A DNA stretch of 62,771 nt from a virus (taxonomy: Duplodnaviria; Caudoviricetes): the IMG/VR virus record IMGVR_UViG_3300036980_000377, positions 1-62,771 of that record; one strand, given 5' to 3'. The translations under genes and the position numbers were made by a program. Below are positions 1 to 10,017 of the stretch, piece after piece (the stretch's first letter is position 1; every line of letters begins with the position of its first letter). The notes beneath the pieces are model-generated. The model saw only the letters and a program-made list of their open reading frames with translations. It was not told the origin of the DNA and searched no databases.

Positions 1-84
1 CCCTGTAATTTCTATGATGAACCCAAAGGAGGACCTGAGGCGTCTGAGAATCCTCCGAGTGATCATCCTTATCGGAGATAAGCA

Positions 85-264
85 ATGACCGATATTTTTG
101 TACGCAGACTTAGTCTCGCCTTTATTATCATCCTCGCGCTTATCGGCTCCGTCTATTACCTGTATTCTGTTTTCTATTACATGCCGACTAAAGCGCAACA
201 ACAAGTTCGCCCCGAAATTGAAATCCACTTTGGTGGGCCTCCACTACAAGAAAAGGAAAAGTAA
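85..264 (+). CDS. small membrane protein (59 aa)
   Basis: Translated by hand: MTDIFVRRLSLAFIIILALIGSVYYLYSVFYY..., one hydrophobic stretch; GGAG upstream; stop abuts the next ATG at 266. Confidence 0.55.
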   Translation: MTDIFVRRLSLAFIIILALIGSVYYLYSVFYYMPTKAQQQVRPEIEIHFGGPPLQEKEK

Positions 265-265
265 A

Positions 266-514
266 ATGGCAATGAAAGCTGAGATCATGGTGAACTTAGA
301 TAAGAAACTTTCTCTCAACTATAACTCTGTCGGAGTCTCCGCTTCTCTAAAAATAGTTAAAGAAGTGGATAGTACTGATCAACTCTCTGAGGAGCTCACT
401 ACCCTTAAAGTATTTCTCGAGGGTTGGATTGATCAACAAGTAGTCCTCTCTGCCCAGGGGCTTCCTCGACTCGCAAAGAACGCTAAAGCTGCGGCGGACG
501 ATATCCCATTATAA
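266..514 (+). CDS. hypothetical phage protein
   Basis: ORF 98..514; more plausible start is ATG 266 after AAGGA. Confidence 0.6.
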   Translation: MAMKAEIMVNLDKKLSLNYNSVGVSASLKIVKEVDSTDQLSEELTTLKVFLEGWIDQQVVLSAQGLPRLAKNAKAAADDIPL

Positions 515-520
515 TCTAAT

Positions 521-913
521 ATGGGCTTATTTGACTACCTCACTTGTCATTACCCCCTCCCAGACGTAGATTTTAACTACGTGTTTAAAGAGCCGTTTCA
601 AACCAAGTCGTTTGATCCGTCAATGGAGCACTACACCCTTACTGTTGATGGTAGGATTATTCACCATAAAGTAAAGTATGAAACAGTTCCAGTTGAAGAA
701 CGGCCGCTCTTTGGTACTTCAAAATGGGATTCAAGTCCCCTCGCCAAGTTTATCGGAGCTTGCCGTTCAGTGCCTATTGGAGATGAGTACCTTGACTTAA
801 CCGATACAATACGATTTTATACTTCTATAGGTACGGAGTGGTTTCAATTCTCCGCAACATTTGTGGATGGTAAGTTGGTAGACTTACGTAGAGTGTATCA
901 TAGCTATACATAG
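521..913 (+). CDS. hypothetical phage protein
   Basis: MGLFDY...FQTKSF...FVDGKL pattern seen in small phage proteins. Confidence 0.65.
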   Translation: MGLFDYLTCHYPLPDVDFNYVFKEPFQTKSFDPSMEHYTLTVDGRIIHHKVKYETVPVEERPLFGTSKWDSSPLAKFIGACRSVPIGDEYLDLTDTIRFYTSIGTEWFQFSATFVDGKLVDLRRVYHSYT

Positions 914-978
914 TCGAACCTAAAAAATTTTTCTTTTTAAATGGCACTGATTTTTTTAGAGTTCCATTAAATTGGGAG

Positions 979-1042
979 TGGATATTAAATAGTTAATCTT
1001 TTATAATTAAACTATGTCAAATTGTTTAGGTTAACCTATAAT
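979..1042 (+). promoter_or_regulatory. two tandem sigma70-type promoters upstream of the sigma factor gene
   Basis: TGGATA(979)-17 nt-TATAAT(1002) and ATGTCA(1014)-17 nt-TATAAT(1037) in an AT-rich intergenic region. Confidence 0.6.
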
Positions 1043-1090
1043 CTGGGGGGAAGAAATGTCCGGGTGTAAAAACTTAGGGGGTAATATGAT

Positions 1091-1702
1091 TTGGAAAAAG
1101 AACGCGTGGATGACGAACGCACGGTTATCGAACACGCGCTTATACTTGACAATAAAGGATTTGTCTATTCAATGGCAAATAAGTACGCGTCAAGTGGAGT
1201 GCCATTCGGAGATTTAGTCAACGCAGGGATGTTAGGTCTTATTAAAGCTGCCAAGAAGTTCGATACTGAGCGGGAATCAAAATTCATTTCATTTGCTACT
1301 TCGTGGGTTCAACACGAAATGATTAAAGTTATCAGGGAGACTAGATTCCCCTGTCGCATTCCATTGAATCTTAATAAAGCGGTTAATAAAATAAGGAGAG
1401 GTGAGGGTGATGAAAGTTCAGCTGAGTTCGCCGCGATTATTCCTCTGCTTAAAACTACCACAGAAGAAGCTCCGGCTTCCAGTCATACTCATTCATTTGA
1501 AAAAGAAGTTATCGACAAGGTCTCAATCCAGCAAGCACTCGCAAAACTTGATGTCCGAACTCGTAATATGGTCACACTGTTTGCAGGGCTCAAAGAAGAT
1601 GCTCTTGGAATCTCTGAAATCGCAAGAGTGTTTAGTTTGTCTAAGCAGCGAGTACGGAGTTTAATCTGTGCGGGGTTAGCTCAACTAAAGGTCCATTTAT
1701 GA
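1091..1702 (+). CDS. RNA polymerase sigma-70 family factor (regions 2 and 4)
   Basis: DLVNAGMLGLIKAAKKFD...KFISFATSWV (region 2); ISEIARVFSLSKQRVRSL (region 4 HTH). Confidence 0.9.
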   Translation: MEKERVDDERTVIEHALILDNKGFVYSMANKYASSGVPFGDLVNAGMLGLIKAAKKFDTERESKFISFATSWVQHEMIKVIRETRFPCRIPLNLNKAVNKIRRGEGDESSAEFAAIIPLLKTTTEEAPASSHTHSFEKEVIDKVSIQQALAKLDVRTRNMVTLFAGLKEDALGISEIARVFSLSKQRVRSLICAGLAQLKVHL

Positions 1703-1860
1703 TTTTCTTTATTTTCCTTGCCTTATTAATGGGAGTCTGTGTTGGTGTTGATTTCAAGCACAGCCAATTCAAATTGCTCGCCGTGGATGCCCTTCTTTTT
1801 TCCGCTTGCATCAGTGCGGCGTTCCTTCTGAGAAAACGAAAGAGTATCAAATTGTAAGAT

Positions 1861-2121
1861 ATGACAACTCTCCCGATTGTTTATACAATTAAAGAGGTGG
1901 CCTGGATCTTTAGAATCTCAACACGTAGATTACGTCACCTCATTCGGGAGGGAGAAATAAAGTCGATCAGTATGGGAACTAGACATCAAGTCATTCCACG
2001 TAGTGAAGTTGAACGATATTTAGGGCAGGATTTAAGATTTGTGGATCTTACTGGGCTTGGTTTTGTCCAAAAACAAAAGCAACCTAATACATATAAACCA
2101 AAAGTCCGCTTTGTTAAATAA
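1861..2121 (+). CDS. excisionase-like helix-turn-helix DNA-binding protein
   Basis: YTIKEVAWIFRISTRRLRHLIREGEIKS...IPRSEVERYL. Confidence 0.8.
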   Translation: MTTLPIVYTIKEVAWIFRISTRRLRHLIREGEIKSISMGTRHQVIPRSEVERYLGQDLRFVDLTGLGFVQKQKQPNTYKPKVRFVK

Positions 2122-2133
2122 GGCATACGCGCT

Positions 2134-2682
2134 ATGAAAGAGCAAGAAATTTGGCAATTATACTGCGGCAGACATCCTGTAATAGATATTGGTTGTGGTT
2201 GGGATATTTTATTTAACTTTGAGTATGTTAGATTTGATATCGCAGTTCAAATTCTGGGACAGAAAACAACTGTTAATCATTTTGGGGATTTCCACGACAT
2301 GTCTGACTTCTCCGATGAAACTTTTGCATTTATAAACGCGGATCAAGTTATTGAACACGCGGAGTTTCCAAGAGTGGCGTTAAAAGAGTGGATTAGAATT
2401 TTACAGGTTGGTGGAATTCTACATTTATGTTGGCCACATTTAGATGTTTGGGATAGACAACGAATTGAGGACGCCAGAGACGCAGTGAGGCGTGGCGACA
2501 TGCAAGCGTACTACGCTTTAGGCGGAATCGATAACTGGATATCAGTGGGTCAACATGGGGAGAAGTTACTCGACGTACATTGGAATAAAATAAGTATGGA
2601 AGAAATGAAATTGATGCTACCTCCAAATGTAGTTATCCTCGCAGAATACCCGGGGATGTCATTAATATTGAAAAAGGTGTAA
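2134..2682 (+). CDS. class I SAM-dependent methyltransferase
   Basis: IDIGCG motif I; FAFINADQVIEH; ALKEWIRILQVGGIL. Confidence 0.8.
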   Translation: MKEQEIWQLYCGRHPVIDIGCGWDILFNFEYVRFDIAVQILGQKTTVNHFGDFHDMSDFSDETFAFINADQVIEHAEFPRVALKEWIRILQVGGILHLCWPHLDVWDRQRIEDARDAVRRGDMQAYYALGGIDNWISVGQHGEKLLDVHWNKISMEEMKLMLPPNVVILAEYPGMSLILKKV

Positions 2683-2940
2683 GTGATTCGTGGAATAAAA
2701 AATTGCACTAAGTGTAAACGAGACAAGATTGAATGCTTATCCCAGCCATTTGAGAATTGCAATTACTGGCTTTATTATAAGGGACACCCAATTTCAATTC
2801 ACCACCTGGATGGGAATACTTGGTATATTTACTGCCTACAGGAGAAAATTCTCTACACTAAATACTCTGGGGATGGGTCCCGTTATTCCTACTTTGTTCT
2901 CTACAATTGCTATGCTGAAGACTATCCTTTTGCGGTGTGA
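2683..2940 (+). CDS. small Cys-motif protein (N-terminal CxxC-x6-C)
   Basis: CTKCKRDKIECL; paralogous to the next ORF. Confidence 0.6.
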   Translation: MIRGIKNCTKCKRDKIECLSQPFENCNYWLYYKGHPISIHHLDGNTWYIYCLQEKILYTKYSGDGSRYSYFVLYNCYAEDYPFAV

Positions 2941-3234
2941 ATGCTCCCAAGATCTTGCAGTGTAAAGAGTTGTACCAAATGTAGGAAAGATCCAATAGAC
3001 TGCATTGTAGAGAACAAAGCGTGCGAAGCTGATCTATTCTACAACTCCGGGCAACTCGCCTTCCACTATTTTTGGAGTAATGGGAAACACAAGGTTTATG
3101 TGGTTTACTTTCATCAACGGAAGATCGAGTATTGTCTATTTGTGGATGGCAAAAAAGTAAACGCTGATGGAACTACCTTGCTTGACACTTGTAGTTATGA
3201 AAGTTACACCTCGAAATACCCTTTTATAGAGTAG
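2941..3234 (+). CDS. small Cys-motif protein, paralog of 2683..2940
   Basis: CTKCRKDPIDCI; both proteins end in YPF. Confidence 0.6.
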   Translation: MLPRSCSVKSCTKCRKDPIDCIVENKACEADLFYNSGQLAFHYFWSNGKHKVYVVYFHQRKIEYCLFVDGKKVNADGTTLLDTCSYESYTSKYPFIE

Positions 3235-3244
3235 ATGTATAGAT

Positions 3245-4621
3245 ATGAAAATACACGTTACAAACTCGTGGTGCAAAGTCGACTTAGAGGGGCGCCCAGT
3301 TCCCCCAGAAATTTTAAAAGTCTTATCTTATGTTGACAAACAACAATCATTCCAATCATATAGATGGACTGGGCGATATGAACCTGTGGTTAAATGTTTG
3401 TATAATAAACGTAACAACTCGTTCCCAACTGGACTCCTACCACTCGTGGTCGCATTACAGGGGAGGAATTTGGAGTTGGAAATTATCGATGAACGCGTAC
3501 ATCCTGACATTGACTGGCAACCTATTCCGCCTGAGATAGCTGATTATGGGGAAGGTCATCAAAAAGTTGCTCTCGATGCAATGCGGGATAATTGTCGTGG
3601 GACCATTGAAGGGATCACAGCGATGGGTAAGACCTTCGTTGAAGCAGGCTTTGCTACAATGTTCCCCGGGAACGTTCTTATTCTTTCCCATCGCAGAGAA
3701 ATTTTCGACAATATCGTCGGACGATGCAGCGACCATTGTCCATCTTCTGACATCGGGATTATCAGTGCGGGTAAAGTACACCCAGCAAGAGTTACATGTG
3801 CCATGGTGGGAACGCTTAGCTCTAGGGTTAAGAGCCTCGGAAGTTATCTAAAGCAAGTAGATGCAATACTCATTGATGAAGCCCATCATTGTTCTATCAA
3901 ATCTCAGTACTTCCCTATCATCCAGTCTTGCGGCGAAGCTTATTACCGTTTCGGTCTCACGGCCACCCCTTGGAGAGAGGGCGGCGATACGATTGGAGTA
4001 TTTGCGGGAACTGGGCCCATCATATATTCTTATGATTATCATCAAGCCGTCGCTGAGGGGGTCGTGGTTCCGCTTGAAGTCTTCATCGCTTCGATCTCGA
4101 CGAGCTTAAAGTTACCAATACTACATGACTTCCACGATGTATATGAAATTGGAATAGTGAAGAATGATGAAAGAAACTCCAAAATCGTTAAGATTGCGAA
4201 GCATCTACACGACAAGGGAGAAAACGTTCTTATCTTGGTTTGGAGACTCGATCATGGGAAGAGGATTAGTCAAATGCTCCATGATACTCCACACGAGTTC
4301 GTTCATGGATCATCTGCTAATCGAGCTTCAGCGAAAGAAGATTTTGAGAGTGGAGAATTACCAATACTGGTCGCTTCGGCCATTTATGACGAGGGAGTTA
4401 ACATCGAAAGAATCCAAAATGTTATTATCGCTGCGGGTTATAAAAGTGAACGACTTTTGGTACAGAGGACTGGACGAGGAATGAGACCATTTGAAGGTAA
4501 AGAGAAATGTAGGATCTTTGACTTCATGGATGTCTCTCATGCAATGTTAGAAAAGCATTCGAGAGCGCGTCTAAAATATTATAAGAAACAAAAATTTATG
4601 GTACGGACTTTGGAGGTTTGA
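3245..4621 (+). CDS. superfamily 2 DEAD/DEAH helicase (UvsW-like)
   Basis: TAMGKT, DEAHH, GLTATP, DEGVNI and QRTGRGMR motifs. Confidence 0.9.
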   Translation: MKIHVTNSWCKVDLEGRPVPPEILKVLSYVDKQQSFQSYRWTGRYEPVVKCLYNKRNNSFPTGLLPLVVALQGRNLELEIIDERVHPDIDWQPIPPEIADYGEGHQKVALDAMRDNCRGTIEGITAMGKTFVEAGFATMFPGNVLILSHRREIFDNIVGRCSDHCPSSDIGIISAGKVHPARVTCAMVGTLSSRVKSLGSYLKQVDAILIDEAHHCSIKSQYFPIIQSCGEAYYRFGLTATPWREGGDTIGVFAGTGPIIYSYDYHQAVAEGVVVPLEVFIASISTSLKLPILHDFHDVYEIGIVKNDERNSKIVKIAKHLHDKGENVLILVWRLDHGKRISQMLHDTPHEFVHGSSANRASAKEDFESGELPILVASAIYDEGVNIERIQNVIIAAGYKSERLLVQRTGRGMRPFEGKEKCRIFDFMDVSHAMLEKHSRARLKYYKKQKFMVRTLEV

Positions 4622-4774
4622 TGACTATGGACAAGATTAAAGATAAGATCGTGGAAGAGTTAGATGATATCCGGGATAGTGGAGATCATTTTAGTCCGCG
4701 GGGGTGGATTAAAGTTACCGCGGATATTGATAAACGAAGGACTGAAATAGGAGAGGAGCTGGAGTTCGACAAAG

Positions 4775-4975
4775 ATGATGGAACTGACACAAATTAATAT
4801 ATGTGGAAACTGCAATCACACCAATTTATACTCTACTTCACACTGGACTAATAATTGTTCTGTTTGTGGTCATCCTCTTATTGGCGTCGAAGATCAGGAT
4901 GTTGACCGCACAAGAAGAGCACTTGAAGACTTTATGGAGAAAATCCGAGGAGGGTTGGAGACTGTTGAAACATAA
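4775..4975 (+). CDS. small zinc-ribbon protein
   Basis: CGNC...CSVC. Confidence 0.5.
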   Translation: MMELTQINICGNCNHTNLYSTSHWTNNCSVCGHPLIGVEDQDVDRTRRALEDFMEKIRGGLETVET

Positions 4976-4989
4976 AAAGGAGAAACACG

Positions 4990-5196
4990 TTGGGAGAAGT
5001 AATTCACATCCACCTAGGCCCAGATCCTGACTTCTTCGATGAAGATTGTGAAGAGCGAATGCTTCTGACCCGTGACTATATTATTACAATACGTGTCGAA
5101 CATCAGAGAAGAAATCAAAGTCAACCATCAAAGACGCAATTAACGGATGAATTGGAAAAAATAGTGGGGAGGTTTTTGGGGACATCCTGCAGATGA
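4990..5196 (+). CDS. hypothetical protein
   Basis: AAGGAG upstream of a TTG start. Confidence 0.5.
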   Translation: MGEVIHIHLGPDPDFFDEDCEERMLLTRDYIITIRVEHQRRNQSQPSKTQLTDELEKIVGRFLGTSCR

Positions 5197-5209
5197 GAGG
5201 TTATTACTC

Positions 5210-6229
5210 GTGCCCCCAAAATACGACGATCAAGTTTTACTCGAACGCTTTGCTGAAATTGTTAAACAACATAAGGTAACGGACTCTGGTGAATATGATT
5301 CCCTCAAAGTGGACAAGCCGACCCGTACTACTTTACGTAAACGCTTTGGATCCTGGAGAGCTTCCCTTGAAGCAGCTGGCGTACATCTTGGTGGAGGTAA
5401 AGTGGCACTCCCCAACTATGAGGAGGCTCCTGAGCCTCAGCCGGAAGAGCACCCAGAAGTTTGTATACTGAGGAAACAAGTTGAGGAGCTTACTCGACAT
5501 ATTCAAACTCCAAAACTCCATCTTGATGGAATAGTACAAACATTCGGAATTGTCTCTGACACTCACTTCGGAAGCATTTTCGCTGATCACGCTCTATTGG
5601 ATTTCGCTTATGACGTTTTTGAATCTGCTGGCGTTAAGACCGTCTTCCACGCAGGTGATCTGCTTGACGGCGAGAAGATGTACAGAGGGCATGAGTACGA
5701 AGTCGCTGTTACGGGTGCCGATGCTCAAGTTGATCTCTGTATCGAGAGATACCCTAAGCGGGATGGAATTACCACTTACTTCATTGATGGTAACCATGAT
5801 AGATCTTTTTGGAAGCGAGCTGGGCTTAACACTGGTATTAAAATTGCGGCGCGGCGTGAAGATCTCATCAACATCGGCTACATGGAGGCGGACGTCGTTA
5901 TTGGCGAAGGCGATTGTAAAGCCACAATAAGATTATTCCACGGTGAAGACGGTTCAGCGTATGCAATTTCGTATAAGCCACAGCGGTATATTTCTGAGCT
6001 CGCTTCCGGGACAAAGCCTGATATCCTCATTATGGGTCACTACCACAAAGCAGAGCAGTTGTTTTATCGAGGAGTTACCGCCTTCCAAGCTGGATGCACG
6101 CAAAGGCAGACGCCTTTTATGCGCGGAAGACGCCTTGCGGCCGCAGTTGGTTTCTGGCTTATCAAAGTCACTGTCGGACCTAGAAGAATTGTTAAAATCA
6201 GGTCGGAGTTCTATCCCGTGAGAAGTTAG
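5210..6229 (+). CDS. calcineurin-like metallophosphoesterase with N-terminal HNH-associated-repeat-like domain
   Basis: SDTHFG, HAGDLLDG, GNHD and GHYH motifs; N-terminal PTRTTLRKRFGSWRASLEAAG. Confidence 0.85.
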   Translation: MPPKYDDQVLLERFAEIVKQHKVTDSGEYDSLKVDKPTRTTLRKRFGSWRASLEAAGVHLGGGKVALPNYEEAPEPQPEEHPEVCILRKQVEELTRHIQTPKLHLDGIVQTFGIVSDTHFGSIFADHALLDFAYDVFESAGVKTVFHAGDLLDGEKMYRGHEYEVAVTGADAQVDLCIERYPKRDGITTYFIDGNHDRSFWKRAGLNTGIKIAARREDLINIGYMEADVVIGEGDCKATIRLFHGEDGSAYAISYKPQRYISELASGTKPDILIMGHYHKAEQLFYRGVTAFQAGCTQRQTPFMRGRRLAAAVGFWLIKVTVGPRRIVKIRSEFYPVRS

Positions 6230-6363
6230 TGTTCTTTATCTGGAAGCCGTGGGGTGTATACCTTTTTGGTGAAGTAGTTTTCTATAATGAGTTTAAATCC
6301 GGGTTATACTTTTCAATGACCTATACTCCGGGTGATATTTGGTTTGTTCGGGGCTTCTTGTAA

Positions 6364-6699
6364 ATGAATTGGAAGTTCATATCAGTTAGGGTTACATGTC
6401 CGGAATGCAAAGTTGGTTACGATGTAAGTTTTTGGATGAAAGGATTAATGCCGTGCCTTTCATTTATTTGTAAAGCATGCAGGGGTAGGTATAAACTAAT
6501 ACCCCCCAAGATCGAAGAGAAAGTTTGTGTGATGTGTGAGAGGAGGATTGACTGTCTGGTCGACCCTCCTTTTATTGTTGAACGGTTTCGTGTCAACAAC
6601 GAGCATCTCGAGATTTGGAAGTACGACCCTGAATGTATTGATGGAGAGGAAGGAATGAGAGATTGCCACATCGATGATATATTAATCAATGATCAGTGA
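6364..6699 (+). CDS. Cys-rich paralog family member
   Basis: CPEC...CKAC...CVMCERRIDCL. Confidence 0.7.
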   Translation: MNWKFISVRVTCPECKVGYDVSFWMKGLMPCLSFICKACRGRYKLIPPKIEEKVCVMCERRIDCLVDPPFIVERFRVNNEHLEIWKYDPECIDGEEGMRDCHIDDILINDQ

Positions 6700-7078
6700 T
6701 ACTCGACTAATACTAGTTGGACATGCTATGCTTACCAGACCAAACATACAAAATACTTTCATTTATAAAAGAGAGTTCAATTCTCCATCTATTCCCCCCG
6801 TCTCTATCACTACACCGGGCACTAAAGAATGGAGACCACACTTATACCAACTTAAACTTATATGCCCCTTTTGTGGAAAAACTGGATACTCGCAATGGAA
6901 TATTGTCAGATTAGACGTCATGTTAAATTTTCCTTTATGCTGGACAGAAGAATGTTGCTACTGCAAAGAATCCTTCTTTATAAATAACGGCGTCGTTGAT
7001 GCCTGCGTTCTTTGTAGGCATCAACTCGATTGTCTAGAAAGACCCTTGGGAACATTGGAACTACTGCAGAATTATTAA
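6689..7078 (+). CDS. Cys-rich paralog family member
   Basis: CPFC...CCYC...CVLCRHQLDCL. Confidence 0.7.
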   Translation: MISDTRLILVGHAMLTRPNIQNTFIYKREFNSPSIPPVSITTPGTKEWRPHLYQLKLICPFCGKTGYSQWNIVRLDVMLNFPLCWTEECCYCKESFFINNGVVDACVLCRHQLDCLERPLGTLELLQNY

Positions 7079-7177
7079 AGCGTCCGATTGAATTTTAAGA
7101 AAGACCCTCAACTACTTCTAAGCATTTTAAAGATGCTTTAAGTTTTGACACTTTACATTTGAAGGAAAACCGGAATC

Positions 7178-7429
7178 ATGGACCCAGATTCTCTACCTAC
7201 TGAAAATGATTTTTGCACTTGGATATGCCCCCATTGTGAATCTGTTTGGTCCTATGGTAGAAATAAGACTAAAGCTTGCGAGCATTATCTCTGTGTGTGT
7301 TGTGAAGGAGTTGAGTGCTATACAAAATGGAGAGTTTGGGGTAAACGAAGTGTTACCCCTAAAACGAAAATTCCAATGATCTATGCCACTTTGACTAAAA
7401 CTGACGAGTCTTATAAGACCCAAGACTAA
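7178..7429 (+). CDS. Cys-rich protein (divergent family member)
   Basis: CPHC...CVCCEGVEC. Confidence 0.55.
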   Translation: MDPDSLPTENDFCTWICPHCESVWSYGRNKTKACEHYLCVCCEGVECYTKWRVWGKRSVTPKTKIPMIYATLTKTDESYKTQD

Positions 7430-7431
7430 AA

Positions 7432-7779
7432 TTGTCTGACGAAATTTTCAGTGTTGGCCATAATCGTGGAAAACGTATTATTGAATTTTATATTTGTCCT
7501 AAGTGTGGGTCGGCCACTTACGACCTTTATACTTTAAAAGCATCCTTCGACTCCTATTGTTGTAAGTCTCAATGCCGTAGATGCGGTAAGCTGACCTTCT
7601 CTGTAGATTCCAGTCAAAGATGCGAAGATTGTTCCAAGCTCCTTGAATGTCTTTATGAAGATCGACCCCTCGCTGATTTATTTGCAATGTCACTACGTGA
7701 TCTTCGTGACTACGAAGTGCGCGAAATTTTGGTCGAACTCGACGAGCAGTTAAAAAGGTTCAAAGATGGCAACTGGTAA
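7432..7779 (+). CDS. Cys-rich paralog family member
   Basis: CPKC...CRRC...CEDCSKLLECL. Confidence 0.7.
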   Translation: MSDEIFSVGHNRGKRIIEFYICPKCGSATYDLYTLKASFDSYCCKSQCRRCGKLTFSVDSSQRCEDCSKLLECLYEDRPLADLFAMSLRDLRDYEVREILVELDEQLKRFKDGNW

Positions 7780-8170
7780 AAAGTTATACAGCGTGGAAAC
7801 GAGCCACCAAGCTAATAATTGGTTTAACTTTAAAGCTTCTTCTCCGGCCGAAATTCCTGTGAAGCTTCAACAAATTAAAAAGGCATTAAGGAAGATCGGA
7901 GTTATAATAGCCAATGAAGATGATATGGATATCTTTAAAGAAGTCCCGCTCCATAAGAACAGAGAAGTTTATATAAAAGCGGTCTGTCCTTTCTGCGCTG
8001 ATTGGGTTTGGGAGGATTTAGAGGATTTTAAGTTAAAGAGGTGTTGGGTAGATTGCCCGAAGTGTGGCGAAGACTTTCTCATATTCCCAATGAAAGAATT
8101 ACTGGAGATGGGGGTTGGATGCGGGACTTGCGACCAGAGAGTGGACTGCTTGTCTGTCCCTAGTGAGTAA
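7766..8170 (+). CDS. Cys-rich paralog family member
   Basis: CPFC...CPKC...CGTCDQRVDCL. Confidence 0.7.
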   Translation: MATGKKLYSVETSHQANNWFNFKASSPAEIPVKLQQIKKALRKIGVIIANEDDMDIFKEVPLHKNREVYIKAVCPFCADWVWEDLEDFKLKRCWVDCPKCGEDFLIFPMKELLEMGVGCGTCDQRVDCLSVPSE

Positions 8171-8171
8171 A

Positions 8172-8489
8172 ATGTACGCTACCTATATTAGAAAATATTT
8201 AATTTCAAGATGTCCCTTTTGTGGTAAGGAGACCACTGAAACGTTTCGTAATCCCTCTTGGTGTAAAAGAACCTTTTGTCATCCTTGTAGAACTTGGTAT
8301 CGCGCAGTCTTCAGACAAGATAATAAATGTAGACGATGCTCCACTCGAGGTAAATGTATAACTGAGGGAATGACTGATATGACCGTGCATGGGGGTATGG
8401 ATTGTAGTTCAGCTACTTCTATATGTACTTCCTTAATCTACTCCACTGTGTCCACTTATTCAACTTGGTATTATACGGACGGCACATGA
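8172..8489 (+). CDS. Cys-rich paralog family member
   Basis: ATG 8172 just after the upstream stop; CPFC...CHPC...CRRCSTRGKCI. Confidence 0.65.
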   Translation: MYATYIRKYLISRCPFCGKETTETFRNPSWCKRTFCHPCRTWYRAVFRQDNKCRRCSTRGKCITEGMTDMTVHGGMDCSSATSICTSLIYSTVSTYSTWYYTDGT

Positions 8490-8875
8490 CATCTGTACAT
8501 CTACCCGATATTAATGGATCATCTTTTGAACGACAAAATTTGCATCATGTATGTATAAACTCTGACTGTCCTCACTGTGGGACTTTCAATATGCATAGAG
8601 CCCGCAATTTTTATCGGATCTTTATTTGCGTTGAAGCCAGATGTGATAAATGTCAAAATTCGTATTATATAATTCCTCCTCAAATAGTTTACCCTAACGT
8701 GGAGTGCTCGAAGTGTGAAGAGAGAGTAGGGTGCCTTTTAAATGGAAGTGTTCTAGCTCTTGCTTGGAAGGAAGGGCATGACTCTGAATATGTACTTCGT
8801 GAAGAGGGTATGTACAGCAAAAGACAGCGCAACTGGATTCGTAATCTTCAAGAAATGAAGGAAGATAATAAATGA
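8486..8875 (+). CDS. Cys-rich paralog family member
   Basis: ATGA overlap with the upstream stop; CPHC...CDKC...CSKCEERVGCL. Confidence 0.7.
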   Translation: MTSVHLPDINGSSFERQNLHHVCINSDCPHCGTFNMHRARNFYRIFICVEARCDKCQNSYYIIPPQIVYPNVECSKCEERVGCLLNGSVLALAWKEGHDSEYVLREEGMYSKRQRNWIRNLQEMKEDNK

Positions 8876-9408
8876 AACAAGCTGTTGTGAAAAGTTGTGA
8901 AGCTTGTGGGGGGTGGTGCTGCCGTGCAATCCTCGTTAGTAAAGAAGTTATTGCAGCCTCTACGCGAAATTTGTACGAGTTCTGGAGCGAAATTGCGCTC
9001 GAAGAAGCTGGAGAGATTAATCCGTTCCTCCCCAAACTCCAAAATCCGGATAGTAATTCATACTTCGTCTGCTCACATCTTAACTCTGGCCTTTGCGATC
9101 TTTACGCAGAGCGGCCAGACACATGTAGCGGGTATCCATATTACGAACATGGAATCGAAGAACTTGTAACTAACCCCTCCGCCTTTTATGTTCCATGGTG
9201 CTATTACAGAATGGAGGTGTTAGAATTTTTAGGTAGAGAGTACGACGTACTCGAGGATGGTGAATCATGTCGACAGAGATACCTGGAGATCCTGAAGGTG
9301 GATTCAAAGCTGTCTCAAGAATTCCTAAACCCCCAAAACTTATTGGTATCCAAGAAACGCAAGAGTTCCAAGGCTGGGACTCGGGGGAAATCTCAGACAC
9401 GGCGATGA
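8872..9408 (+). CDS. YkgJ-like CxxCxxCC cysteine-cluster protein
   Basis: CEACGGWCC...CSHL...CDLYAERPDTCSGYP. Confidence 0.8.
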   Translation: MKQAVVKSCEACGGWCCRAILVSKEVIAASTRNLYEFWSEIALEEAGEINPFLPKLQNPDSNSYFVCSHLNSGLCDLYAERPDTCSGYPYYEHGIEELVTNPSAFYVPWCYYRMEVLEFLGREYDVLEDGESCRQRYLEILKVDSKLSQEFLNPQNLLVSKKRKSSKAGTRGKSQTRR

Positions 9409-9725
9409 TCTTTGAATTTCAGCACGCCTGGAAAGATTTTCACGATAAACACTCTTGCCCAGTTAAACCTAATATAGAAGTTTTGCAGAGTGCAAAAAAA
9501 ATTTGCTTTGAGCTTGGCCTTCCCTTCAGATGGTATTTAAAATTGGCTATTCAAATTTTAGGGAGATTTCCCAAGCCTTGGGAGATAAATTATAAATGGT
9601 TACAAGAAGAGATTGCTTTAGAGTGGCTTGAATTAAAGCACACGAAAGTTGCAGTCGAAACGGATCATTCCCCGGAAGCAGAAGTAATTTTAAACCGTGA
9701 GGAGTCTAAAAATGGGATTCGATGA
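9405..9725 (+). CDS. hypothetical protein
   Basis: ATGA overlap with the upstream gene. Confidence 0.55.
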   Translation: MIFEFQHAWKDFHDKHSCPVKPNIEVLQSAKKICFELGLPFRWYLKLAIQILGRFPKPWEINYKWLQEEIALEWLELKHTKVAVETDHSPEAEVILNREESKNGIR

Positions 9726-10017
9726 AGAATGGGATATAAAGTGGACTGACGTTTCAAGAGTAAATAATCAGCTACCCGAACATCCACCGTTCCGCGTATT
9801 TCAGGTAAACAAATTAACCTGTAAATTGTGCGGAGGCTCAATAAGTTATGGTACGCGGTGGGAATCTGATGGTTGGATGTGTAGTACTAGAGGCTGTCGA
9901 AACTGTGGATCTATTCATATCCTAACTGACTCCGCAAAATTTTGTAATGCATGTCATAAGAAAGACATTGCATGCCTTAGTTATCCACAAATCTTTATAC
10001 GGGAGAGTTATGTCTGA
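9712..10017 (+). CDS. Cys-rich paralog family member
   Basis: GAGGAG upstream; CKLC...CRNC...CNACHKKDIACL. Confidence 0.65.
   Translation: MGFDEEWDIKWTDVSRVNNQLPEHPPFRVFQVNKLTCKLCGGSISYGTRWESDGWMCSTRGCRNCGSIHILTDSAKFCNACHKKDIACLSYPQIFIRESYV

Noticed and set aside
1861-2121. Evidence for a temperate lifestyle from the excisionase-like gene
   Set aside because: No integrase or att site in the window, and this HTH family is common as a general regulator
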